Assembly (NCBI GenBank): GCA_963710625.1
Contig: CAVQBG010000024.1
Span: 52,422 to 116,421 of the forward strand
Source of the DNA: Ilumatobacteraceae bacterium
GTDB lineage: Bacteria; Actinomycetota; Acidimicrobiia; Acidimicrobiales; Ilumatobacteraceae
DNA length: 64,000 nt
Direction: 5' to 3'
In this document: positions 29,325-38,435 of the stretch, one piece after another
Layout: each line of letters opens with the position of its first letter
Numbering within the stretch: the stretch's first letter is position 1
Program-made: the position numbers and the translations under genes
The notes under the pieces: model-generated
What the model was told of the DNA's origin: nothing
Databases searched by the model: none
The model's input: the letters and a program-made list of their open reading frames with translations, nothing else

Positions 29325-30053
29325 TCAGGCCGAGATGGCAGCGACGGCCGGCACAACCGTCGTGGTGGTCGTGGTGGTCGTGGTGGTCGTGGTGGTCGGA
29401 GCCACCGGAATCGTGAAACGACAGTGACGACGCCCCGGCAGACGGCGTCCGGAGGCGCGCACGACGACCTGACGCCATCGGAGATGCCCGTACCCGTCAC
29501 CGAGCCCCGACCACTCCTCGGCATCGGTGTGGAGCGTGCCGTCACAGGCCATCGAACCGGGATCGCCGAGCACGATGGTGACCACGTCACGTTGCCGGAG
29601 ACGGACGGCGAGTTTCCGGACACCACCGGCGGAGAGACCGGTCGGTGCCCGTACGAGCAGGACGTCGAAACCGTCGGCGGCAGCGGCGACCACGTCGAGC
29701 CAGCGGCCCGGATCATCGGCTGCGCCTGGAGGGTGGCTTCCGATGGCGACGACCCGCTCGAGCGACACCCCGAGCTCGCTGGCGGCGTCGAGCCCGACCG
29801 TCGGGAGGTCGATCAGTGCAAGCCAGGCGCCGGAGCGGATGGCCGGCGCAACGAGCGCCAGTGCGGTCGACGTGGCCGCCGACCCCTGACAGGCGATGGT
29901 GCGGCCCCGAACGAGTCCGCCTTCGGCGAACAGGTCGCCGAAGGTCTCGTCGACGGGGATCGTGCGCTCACCCGCCAACGCCAATCGACCCACACGATCG
30001 CCCAACGCAGCGAGCGGGGCGGTCAGGGTTGCAGCGTCGACAGCCGGTTCCAT
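29325..30053 (-). CDS. imuA': ImuA' (RecA-fold mutasome accessory protein) with a C-terminal poly-Thr tract
   Basis: TFGDLFAEGGLVRGRTIACQGSAATSTALALVAPAIRSGAWLALIDLP. LexA box 13 nt upstream. Operon with imuB. Confidence 0.75.
   Translation of the reverse strand: MEPAVDAATLTAPLAALGDRVGRLALAGERTIPVDETFGDLFAEGGLVRGRTIACQGSAATSTALALVAPAIRSGAWLALIDLPTVGLDAASELGVSLERVVAIGSHPPGAADDPGRWLDVVAAAADGFDVLLVRAPTGLSAGGVRKLAVRLRQRDVVTIVLGDPGSMACDGTLHTDAEEWSGLGDGYGHLRWRQVVVRASGRRLPGRRHCRFTIPVAPTTTTTTTTTTTTTVVPAVAAISA
29361..29396. repeat. 9-nt tandem repeat x4 (CGTGGTGGT), encoding Thr13 in ImuA'
   Basis: Four perfect head-to-tail copies. Minus-strand reading is (ACC ACC ACG)x4 plus ACG. Confidence 0.9.
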
Positions 30054-30065
30054 CCCGACATGGTA

Positions 30066-30081
30066 TCGAACACATGTTCGT
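30066..30081. promoter_or_regulatory. LexA (SOS) box upstream of imuA'-imuB
   Basis: TCGAACACATGTTCGT, 13 nt upstream of the imuA' ATG. Confidence 0.8.
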
Positions 30082-30133
30082 CCGCGCCACCGGATGGTCC
30101 CGGCGAGTCATCAACGGCGAGTGATCAACGGGG

Positions 30134-30985
30134 TCACGCGGCAACGTGCGAGGCGAGCACGGCGTCCATGTCGCTGCCGCTCGCGGCGTAGGCATCGGCT
30201 CCGAGCGCCCGGGCGTGGTCGGCGTCGACGACCGCATGACCACCGACGACGACGAACACATCGGGATCGGCGCCGTGGGCCGCCTCACATGCGTCGGCCA
30301 GCGAGACGAGGTTGTCCGACGACATGACGGACAACCCGACGGCGAGGAGATCGGGCGTCGCACGGATCACGTGGGCGATCGATTCGCTCGGCACGTCGAC
30401 ACCGAAATCGGACACCTCCCACCCCCGCAACCGCAGCAGGTCGCCGAGCATCGCAACCGGCAGTGCATGGAACTCGCCGGCCGGAGCGCCGAGCGCCACC
30501 ATCCCGCGTGAGCGTCCACGACGGCTGAAGCGCGGGCCGATCCGACCGACGATCCGCATCGCGATCCCGGTTGCCCGGTGTTCGATCGAGATGTCGAGCT
30601 CGCCCGCCGCCCAACGCTCACCGATCGACACCATCGCCGGCGTCAACACGTCGAGATAGATCTCGTCGAGCTCTGCGCCTGCCGCCATCGCCGCTTCGAT
30701 CACGCTCCACGCTCCCGGTGCGTCCCCGGCCGTCAGCCGGGACTCCAAGCGCGTCGACCACGGCGCCCGCCGGTTGCGTGCACCGCCCCTGCCGGATGCG
30801 CCGATGCTCGCCGCTGCGACCTTCGCGTCCTCGCGGAACCGATCGAGCGCCGAGCGTTGCACCTGCCAGACGCCGCCCGACTTCGACGCCTCCATCACCC
30901 CGAGCCGCACGTACCGGTACGCGGTCATGTAGTGAACGCCGAGCTCGTCGGCCGCTTCCTGCAGTGTGAGTACCCCGTCGGTCAT
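30134..30985 (-). CDS. HTH (MerR/excisionase-type) plus B12-binding-domain regulator, CarH/LitR-like
   Basis: N-terminus LTLQEAADELGVHYMTAYRYVRLG. W-x9-E-H (GERWAAGELDISIEH). ExHxx[G/P]...SxV...GG (GEFHALP...GLSVMSS...VVVGGH). Confidence 0.75.
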   Translation of the reverse strand: MTDGVLTLQEAADELGVHYMTAYRYVRLGVMEASKSGGVWQVQRSALDRFREDAKVAAASIGASGRGGARNRRAPWSTRLESRLTAGDAPGAWSVIEAAMAAGAELDEIYLDVLTPAMVSIGERWAAGELDISIEHRATGIAMRIVGRIGPRFSRRGRSRGMVALGAPAGEFHALPVAMLGDLLRLRGWEVSDFGVDVPSESIAHVIRATPDLLAVGLSVMSSDNLVSLADACEAAHGADPDVFVVVGGHAVVDADHARALGADAYAASGSDMDAVLASHVAA

Positions 30986-31073
30986 GTGATTCCCCAGCCG
31001 GCGCTGGTTGCCAGACGCTAGAGGCCCAGTGGGGTCGCGTGCCCAACCCAGCCCGCCATCGGCGAGCAGCGTC

Positions 31074-31535
31074 TCAGCCCTGCTTGGCGTTCCAGCGCTC
31101 GCGAGCCTGCCGGCCGCGATCGAGGAGGTGGGCGGGCACCCGCTTGGCCGCCTCCGACATGGCGGCATCGCCGCCGCCACCGTCACCACTCGGCACGGCG
31201 GCCGCCGGCTCATCGGGCTGGAGGTCCTCGAACGTCGGGGGTTCGACGCCCGGCTTCCAGTACTGGTAGAGGTCGCGGAGCACCTCGGCCAGACCCTCGG
31301 AGTCGTGACCCTTCAGGAGGTCGACGGTGATGATGTTGGCGTACACGTGGACCGCGGCGACCTGCCCCGTCGCGAAGAACCGTCTCGCCAGCTCGTCGGA
31401 GGGTGTGTTTCCCCAGGCGTCCTCGACGGACCCGAAGTGCTCATGGCCCATCCCGGACAACGAGCGGTTGATCTCGAACCGGACGACACCGCGTGTCGAA
31501 CTCGGCTTCTCGGTGACGGCGACCAGCTGACCCAT
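31074..31535 (-). CDS. Hypothetical protein, Nfu/NifU N-terminal-like domain
   Basis: Pattern VVRFEINRSL...ELARRFFATGQVAAVHVYANIITVDL resembles Nfu_N. Weak assignment. Confidence 0.45.
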   Translation of the reverse strand: MGQLVAVTEKPSSTRGVVRFEINRSLSGMGHEHFGSVEDAWGNTPSDELARRFFATGQVAAVHVYANIITVDLLKGHDSEGLAEVLRDLYQYWKPGVEPPTFEDLQPDEPAAAVPSGDGGGGDAAMSEAAKRVPAHLLDRGRQARERWNAKQG

Positions 31536-31560
31536 GACGCCGCAACGCTAGCGCCCAGAG

Positions 31561-31624
31561 GTGCCGCGCACCCCCATCCGCTCGTGCCGCGCACCCCCAT
31601 CCACCGGTGAGCGCACCCCCATCC
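31561..31624. promoter_or_regulatory. Three direct repeats GCGCACCCCCATCC spaced 22-23 nt apart
   Basis: Copies at 31566, 31589 and 31611, 30-90 nt upstream of the 31535 start codon. The first two extend to GTGCCGCGCACCCCCATCC. Confidence 0.5.
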
Positions 31625-31625
31625 A

Positions 31626-32318
31626 TCAGAGGGAGCCGTCGACGATCGAGGCCAGTTCCTCGGCCAGCACACGGTCGTCGGCCGTCCCGCGGACCGCGAT
31701 GATCGCGCCGTGCCGGCGACTGACCAGTGCGATCGTGTACCCGCCCGCGGACTCGGACCCTGGCGGCACGAACCCGGCAACGCCGACGGCGTCACCCGTG
31801 ACCGCACCCACCGGTCGGATGCCGCTTCGCTCGAACCAGTCCGATTCGACCGTCGCCTCCGACACATAGTGCACCTCGGCGACCGCGTCTCCGGCGGTGA
31901 AACGACAGGCGTCGTCCGCGATCGACTCGACCACGACCCGCTCACCGACGGACGCTCCGATCGTGTCGGCCGTCGCCAGTTCGTTCAGGCGGTCACAGGC
32001 GTCGATCACCGGCTGCGCCGGGAGCGGCGGCAACGTCACCGGAGAGTCGGGGTCCGGCTGGGGGTCGCCGATCAGTTCGGTGACGGGCGGAGCCAAGGCT
32101 TCCTCGTCGGTGACGGGCAGGATCGTCGTGGTCGCCGCGCCCACCGGCCCGGACGCCGCGCCAGAAGGATCGGAGACGGCAACCGTCGGCACCGGACGCA
32201 TCCCATCGCTCGCCGTGCTCGACACCGAACCGTCGTCACCGAACCATCCGCACCCACTCGCAGCGACGAGGACGACGCCCAGGGTCAGTGCCGCTCCTGT
32301 CGTGCTCCGCCGAACCAC
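31626..32318 (-). CDS. Lipoprotein, unknown function
   Basis: Signal peptide plus lipobox LVAASGC. Confidence 0.65.
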   Translation of the reverse strand: MVRRSTTGAALTLGVVLVAASGCGWFGDDGSVSSTASDGMRPVPTVAVSDPSGAASGPVGAATTTILPVTDEEALAPPVTELIGDPQPDPDSPVTLPPLPAQPVIDACDRLNELATADTIGASVGERVVVESIADDACRFTAGDAVAEVHYVSEATVESDWFERSGIRPVGAVTGDAVGVAGFVPPGSESAGGYTIALVSRRHGAIIAVRGTADDRVLAEELASIVDGSL

Positions 32319-32375
32319 GCCGCCAACGTACCCCTGCCACGGTCGCGCCGGCAGGCGGCGGGACCAGGCGAATGC

Positions 32376-33587
32376 TCAAGACTTCGTCAGGGCGGCGGCG
32401 AGCACGGACGGGAACTCGTCGGGGGTGGTCGACATCACGGTGGCGCCGAGCTGCGCGAGCGTCGCCGCGTTGCCGTGATCGTGTGCGGGCGTGCCTTCGT
32501 CGCTGAGGGCGAGCAGCACCACCACCTGCACTCCGGCCGCGACGAATTCCGCGACCCGTCGGTGCATCAGCTCCACGTTGCCGCCTTCGAACAGGTCGCT
32601 GACCAGCACCACCACGCTCTCGCGCGGCCGCTCGACGAGTTGCTGGCAGTAGCCGAGCGCACTGGCGATGTCGGTGCCGCCGCCGAGCTGCACACCGAAC
32701 AGGACCTCGACGGGATCGTGCAGGAAGGCCGTCAGGTCGGTGATCGACGTGTCGAACGCGATGAACGAGGTGTGCAGCGCTGGAAGCTGAGCGAGCACAC
32801 CGGCGAACAGCGATGCATACACGACGCTGTCGGCCATCGACCCCGACTGGTCGACGGCGATGACGACGTCGCGGGCCAGGCTGCGTTGGCGGCGCCCGTG
32901 GCCGACGAGCCGTTCGGGGATCACCGTGCGGTGTTCGGGCAACCAGTGCTTCAGGTTGGCCGAGATGGTCATCGGCCAGTCGATGTCCCCTGGGCGCGGA
33001 CGGCGGGTGCGCGCCGATCGGGCCAACGCGCCGCGAACGGCCTGGCGGGTCTGGTCGGTCAGTTGGCGTTCGAGATCGGCGAGCACCTTGGCGATCACCT
33101 GGCGAGCGGTGGCGCGGGTCTCGTCCGGGAGGTGGCGGTTGAGTTCGACGAGCAGTGTCACGAGGTGGACGTCGGGCTCGAGGTCGGCGAGCAGTTCGGG
33201 CTCCAGGAGGAGCTGTCGCAGGTCGAGGCGATCGACGGCGTCGCGCTGGAGGATCTGCACCACCGGCGTCGGGAAGTACCGACGGATGTCGCCGAGCCAG
33301 CGGACGACCCCGGGCTTCGATCGACCGAGGCCACCCGATCGGCCGGCTTGGCGGCGGGTTCCCGTGGGTCCGCCGTCGCGGTCGTCGGCGTCGTACAGCG
33401 CTCCGAGCGCGGCGTCGATCCGGACGTCGTCGCCGTGGAGCGACCCGTCGCCGCCGCCCGATCCCGCGTCGTCGCCATCGGGATCGGCGGTGGACGCGTC
33501 GACGAGGGCGTCGGCGGCCGCAGGTCCGAGCAGGAGCCGCCAGCGTCGACGGCGCTCGGCCTCGGAGACGCGGAGCGGCGCGGTCAC
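32376..33587 (-). CDS. VWA-domain protein (YehP-like)
   Basis: MIDAS motif VVIAVDQSGSMADS. 4-nt overlap with the upstream DUF5682 gene. Confidence 0.8.
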   Translation of the reverse strand: MTAPLRVSEAERRRRWRLLLGPAAADALVDASTADPDGDDAGSGGGDGSLHGDDVRIDAALGALYDADDRDGGPTGTRRQAGRSGGLGRSKPGVVRWLGDIRRYFPTPVVQILQRDAVDRLDLRQLLLEPELLADLEPDVHLVTLLVELNRHLPDETRATARQVIAKVLADLERQLTDQTRQAVRGALARSARTRRPRPGDIDWPMTISANLKHWLPEHRTVIPERLVGHGRRQRSLARDVVIAVDQSGSMADSVVYASLFAGVLAQLPALHTSFIAFDTSITDLTAFLHDPVEVLFGVQLGGGTDIASALGYCQQLVERPRESVVVLVSDLFEGGNVELMHRRVAEFVAAGVQVVVLLALSDEGTPAHDHGNAATLAQLGATVMSTTPDEFPSVLAAALTKS

Positions 33588-35790
33588 GAGACGACTCCGG
33601 CATGGCTGGCGAGGCCGAGCATGCGGCGCACGGTCTCCATGACGGCCGCAGCCCGCTCCGGGTCGACGTCGTCGCCGAAGCCACCGGGGCGCACGACGCC
33701 CAGCCCCATCAGCACGGCCATCAGCTGGCGGCGCTCAGCTGCTTCGAACGCCCCGAACGTGCGTCGCAGCAGCGCCACGACGTCGTCGAATGCCGACGGT
33801 GCGAGCGCCGACACCCAGTCGTCGAGCACCGCGAGCAGGTCGGCGTCGTGGACCAGCACCGAACCCGACCCGGCGAGGAACCCCTCGACGAAGGCCGCAC
33901 CCTGCGCCGGCGGCGTCCCGCCGGACAGCGCCTGCGAGAGGTGGCGCTCCACCTGGCCGACGCTCCATGTCCCCGAATCGTGGAGCAGTCGGGTCGCTCG
34001 GCCCCGGACGAGCCCGTGGCCCGACGTCGCGGCGAGGTCGACGAGTGCGGCGGGCAGCCCGTTGCGCCTGGCCGGGTGGTCGAGCACGGCGAGCGCTCCC
34101 TGGAATGCGCTCATCCGCTCGGTCATCATGGCCGCTGCGTCGTCGTCGAGCGATCGGGCGGCACCGGGAAGTCCGGCGAGGATGCGGACGACCACGCCGT
34201 CGACCACGTGGCGGAGTGCGTCGGCGTCGGTGCCGCGTACGTCGCCGTAGCGAAGCGCCGAGGCGAGCGGGGGCATCGCATCGAGCAGGTGCCCGACGTC
34301 GGGATCGGTGGCAGCCAGGCGGGCGAGCCGGTCGACCGCCGGCTCGACGGCACTGGGCAGCTCGGCGAACAGCGCCCGTTCGACGACGCCGACGAGTTCG
34401 GCGATCCCACCCGCAGCGGCCGCTCGTTCGATCAGCCGGGCGGTGGCGGCCGATTCGAGCGTCGTGCCGTATCCGGCCTGTTCGATCAGCCGCACCGAGA
34501 GGTCGGGATCCCACCTGACCTCCCAGGTCTCACGGAAGGTCCCCGACGAGCCGCGACCTTCGACCTGGGTGCCCCACGGGATCCCCAGAGCCGTCAATCG
34601 GTGTAGCAGGTGCGACTTGCGTCGACCGGCCGGCGTGCGCAGGTCGACCTCGACCGTGCGGGCGTCGGCGCTGAGCGCGATGCGCGCGGACTTCTGCAGC
34701 TTGGCGACGTCGCGGGCGAGCGGTACCTGTGGTGCGGCATCGGGCACCTCGCCGATCGCGTGGCCGACGACGAGGTCGCGACGCACGATCTCGAGCCCAC
34801 CGGTGATCGCGCCGGCCGCGTCGAGCACTTCGGCGAGGCCGGGCCGGGGTCGATTCCGCATGGCGGCCAGCGAGGTGGCGAGTCGAGTTCCCGCGATCAA
34901 CTCGTCGGGCGACGCCGCGCCCCGCGATCGCGCACCAGCCGCGCCGCGTCGACGAAGAAGCGGACCACACCGTCCTCGCCTGGATGGTCGAACACGTGGC
35001 CGTACCAGCCGGGGCTGTCGACGCCGGCACCGTAGCCGGAGCGGCTCGTGAGTCGTCGGGCCGTCCACGGCACCCAGGCGACCGCCACCTTCTGCTTGCG
35101 CAGCCCGCGCAGGCTGGCGGCGTCGGTCGACACCGATGGCACAGCTGGTCCTCCGAGTGCATCGTCGAGGTCGAGCGCGGGCACGTGCCAGGCGCCGCAG
35201 ACGACGACGATCCGCTCGTGACCGGCCCGCCGAGCAGCGCGGATCGCACGACGCATGTGCGCCTCGCGCCGGGCCTCGGCCAGCGACGGGACGAATCCGT
35301 CGCGAGCGGCGACCATCGCCTCGGCGACGGCGTCGAACGACGGGGCACCGTCGCCGCGATGCTCGATCACGTCCTCCCACCAGCGTTCCGGGTCGGGGTC
35401 GCCGGCGGCGGCGGCGAGGTCGCCGATCGGGTCAGGCGGCGCACTGGAACCGAGGAGGTCGTCGTCGGCTGCCTGCGCAAGGGTGATCGACAGGGGGAGG
35501 TCGATCGCGTGTACGGGTACGCCTCGCTCGTTGGCCCAGGCGATCGCCTGCCACTCGGGGCTGAACGACGCCAGCGGCGCGAACGCCGCGCCCGCCGGCT
35601 CGGTGGCGACATGGCCGAGCAGCGCGACCGGCGGCGTGAGGCCCGGCTCACCGATCCACCGCAATGCGGGCTCGACGTCGGCCGGCAACTCGACGAGGAC
35701 CACGTCGGGCTCGACCTGCGCGAGCACCGCCAACACCGAGCGGGCCGAGCCCGGGCCATGGTGGCGGATCCCGAGCAGGTGCAACGGCAT
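33584..35790 (-). pseudogene. DUF5682 (YehM-like) gene split by a -1 frameshift near 34915-34925
   Basis: The N-terminal frame (MPLHLLGIRHHGPGSARS...VRFFVDAARLVRDRGA) ends at 34897. It continues in another frame (ASPDELIAGTRLATSLAAMRNRPRPG...). The two parts sum to ~735 aa, the size of one protein of this family. Confidence 0.65.
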
Positions 35791-35793
35791 GGT

Positions 35794-36975
35794 TCAGCCG
35801 TCGAGCTCGCGACAGGCGTCGTAGAAGTCGTCCCAGCCGGGACGTTCGCGCACCACCGCTTCGAGGTACTCGCGCCACGCGACGGTGTCGGTGACTGGGT
35901 CGCTGACCACGGCGCCGACGATGCCGCCGGCCACGTCGGTCGCGCGGAGACGCCCGTCGCCGAAGTGGGCAGCGAGTGCGAGGCCGTTGGTGACGACCGA
36001 GATCGCTTCCGCCGTCGACAGCGTCGCCGTGGGGATCTTGAGGCTGATCCGTTCGTCCTCGGTGAGTCCCGAGCGCAGCTCGCGGAAGACGGTGACGACG
36101 CGACGGATCTCGTCGGCGGCGGCCGGCACCTCGGGGAGTGCGAGGGCGACGCCGAGTTCGGCGACGCGACGCTGCACGATGTCGATCTCCTCGTCGACCG
36201 TCGCGGGCAGCGGCAGCACGACGGTGTTGAACCGGCGGCGCAGTGCACTCGACAGGTCGTTGACGCCGCGATCGCGGTCGTTCGCAGTGGCGATCACGTT
36301 GAAGCCACGGATGGCGGCGATCTCGGTGTCGAGTTCGGGGATCGGGAGCACCTTCTCCGACAGCACGGTGACGAGCGCGTCCTGCACCTCGGGCGGCATC
36401 CGGGTGAGTTCCTCGACGCGCACGAGCGCTCCACGTTGCATCCCGCGGTAGATGGGGCCGGGGACGAGCGCTTCGGTGCTCGGACCCTCGGCGAGGAGGC
36501 GGGCATAGTTCCAGCCGTAGCGCAGGGTCTCCTCCGTGGTGCCGGCGGTGCCCTGCACCAGCAGCGTGGAGTCGCCGCTGATCGCGGCGGCGAGGTGCTC
36601 GCTGACCCAGGTCTTGGCCGTTCCGGGCACGCCGAGCAGGAGCAGCGCACGATCGGTGGCGAGCGTGGCGACCGCGATCTCGACGAGGCGTTGCTGGCCG
36701 ACGTACTTGGGGACGATGACCGTGCCGTCACCCAGTTCACCCCCGAGGAGGTAGCGCACGACGGCCCACGGCGACAGCCTCCAGCCCGGCGGACGCTCGC
36801 GATCGTCGAGTGCTGCGAGCGCCGACAGTTCGTGCGCGTACTGGTCTTCGGCGTGCGGGCGCAACACGTCGACCGACGGCGCGTCGCCTGGCTGCATGCG
36901 ACCCGAAGTGTCCGTTGCACTCATCGACGGTGACGCTACCGACCGACCGTCGCTCTGTTCCTGCTGCCCGACCAT
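35794..36975 (-). CDS. MoxR/AAA_5-type ATPase (YehL-like)
   Basis: Walker A LLLGVPGTAKT; Walker B region ALVRVEELTRMPPEVQDALVTVLSEK. Start set at the MVGQQEQ ATG; the upstream ORF extension overlaps the HNH gene. Confidence 0.8.
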   Translation of the reverse strand: MVGQQEQSDGRSVASPSMSATDTSGRMQPGDAPSVDVLRPHAEDQYAHELSALAALDDRERPPGWRLSPWAVVRYLLGGELGDGTVIVPKYVGQQRLVEIAVATLATDRALLLLGVPGTAKTWVSEHLAAAISGDSTLLVQGTAGTTEETLRYGWNYARLLAEGPSTEALVPGPIYRGMQRGALVRVEELTRMPPEVQDALVTVLSEKVLPIPELDTEIAAIRGFNVIATANDRDRGVNDLSSALRRRFNTVVLPLPATVDEEIDIVQRRVAELGVALALPEVPAAADEIRRVVTVFRELRSGLTEDERISLKIPTATLSTAEAISVVTNGLALAAHFGDGRLRATDVAGGIVGAVVSDPVTDTVAWREYLEAVVRERPGWDDFYDACRELDG

Positions 36976-36977
36976 CG

Positions 36978-38270
36978 TCAGGCGGCCGTACTTCGTCCGG
37001 ATCGGGCCGGTGGTGCGGTGGTGTGGGTGATGCCGTCGGGGAGGTGGAGGGTGACTTGGCGGTGGGGGCCGAGTTCGATGACCCATCCGTCGTGATGGAT
37101 GCGGGTGTGGTGGACGGCGCACACGGGCACCAGGTTGGCCAGGTCGGTGCGGCCGCCGTGGCGCCACCAGACGATGTGGTGGAGTTTGCAGCGGTCGTAG
37201 GCGACGCTGCATCCCGGGATCGCACAGCTGCGGTACAGCCCGCGCAGCGCGCGGCGTTGCGCCCGGTTGGCGAGCCTGGTGGTGCGACCCAGGTTCAACT
37301 CGCCGGGGGCATGCAGCACGACACCGTTGCGGACCACGACGGTGTGGATGTCGGCGGTGTCGGCGAGTTCGGCGAGCACCCGGGCGGGGACCTCGACAGG
37401 GATCGCGAACTCGGCGACCGGCCCGGTCTGTCCGGTGGCGTCGGCGTCGATCACCACCACGTACTCGGGTCGGCCCGGCTTGGGCCGCACCGTCGGCGGC
37501 GTGATGTCGCCCGTCGAGTCGTCGTCGGTGTCCGTGTTGGCGAGGGCTTCGTCGAGGAGGAGTCGGGCGACGGCGTGGGCGGCGAGGTAGCGCTGTTTCT
37601 CGATCGGATCATCCGGACACTCGACCGCGACGGACTCCCCGAACAGCGCTTGGACCATCGCGTCGATCCGCGCGGCGATCCTGACGCCGGTGACAGGATC
37701 GAACTTGACCGACAGGTTCCACATGCCTTCGACATCGACCCAGCTGCGGGCCCGTACGTTGCGGCGCTGCCGAGCCAAACGGTCGAGGCCGTCGTCGTCC
37801 TGCAGGCGTTTGGTCTCCAGATCCAACCGGCGGGCGAACTCGTCGACGGTGCCGGCTCTGGCCACGTCGGCCAACCCGTCAGCAGCCTTGATCAACTCGC
37901 CGCGTCTGGCGGCGTCGACCTTCTTCGATGCTCGCGTGACGGCGTCGATGTGATCGCCGGTGATCGCGCCGTCACCCAGAGCATCCGCCAACCGTGGCGT
38001 CTTCGTCAACGTCTTCGATCGCTCGGTCGACCTCGCGGCGTTGCTCAGCGACGTCTTCGACGCCTTCGCGACGCGTTGTTCGGGGAACGAATCGACCTCA
38101 CGCAACCGGACGACCAGACCAGCGTGCTGGGCATCACACCACGCCTGCACCTCACGCACCGCCACCAGACCCGACTCGATCAGATCCGCACCCGCCGACG
38201 AGTCCGAACGCACCGTAGCGATCGCCCCGACCCGCTCGACCACCGCTGCGACCTCCACACCGTCCATCAT
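36978..38270 (-). mobile_element. DUF222 / HNH endonuclease gene (REP13E12-type actinobacterial element ORF)
   Basis: C-terminal HNH: CAIPGCSVAYDRCKLHHIVWWRHGGRTDLANLVPVCAVHHTRIHHDGW. N-terminal DUF222-like region. It interrupts an otherwise conserved five-gene cluster. Confidence 0.8.
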
Positions 38271-38435
38271 GACGAAGGGGTCTCACAGAGTTGCCCGAGG
38301 CGAAACGCGCTGAGTCGTTCGACGACGGGCATCGGAGGCGGCAGACCGCCCGCTCACCCTCGCCGTCAGCGTCAGCTCCTGCGCAGGAAACCGATCTGCG
38401 TGCTGACGCCGAACGCCTCGGGGAACAGCACGCCG

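Noticed and set aside
29341-29400. A possible CRISPR or other array, suggested by the short tandem repeats here and at 26148-26190.
   Set aside because: The units are 9 nt and 6-7 nt with no spacers. One lies inside a coding region (poly-Thr) and the other is a G-tract microsatellite. No cas genes are present.
36976-37212. N-terminal extension of the AAA ATPase ORF (start at 37212).
   Set aside because: The extension is Pro/His/Arg-rich (PPHPHPSRR...) and overlaps the 3' end of the HNH gene. ATG 36975 gives a normal-length MoxR-type protein.
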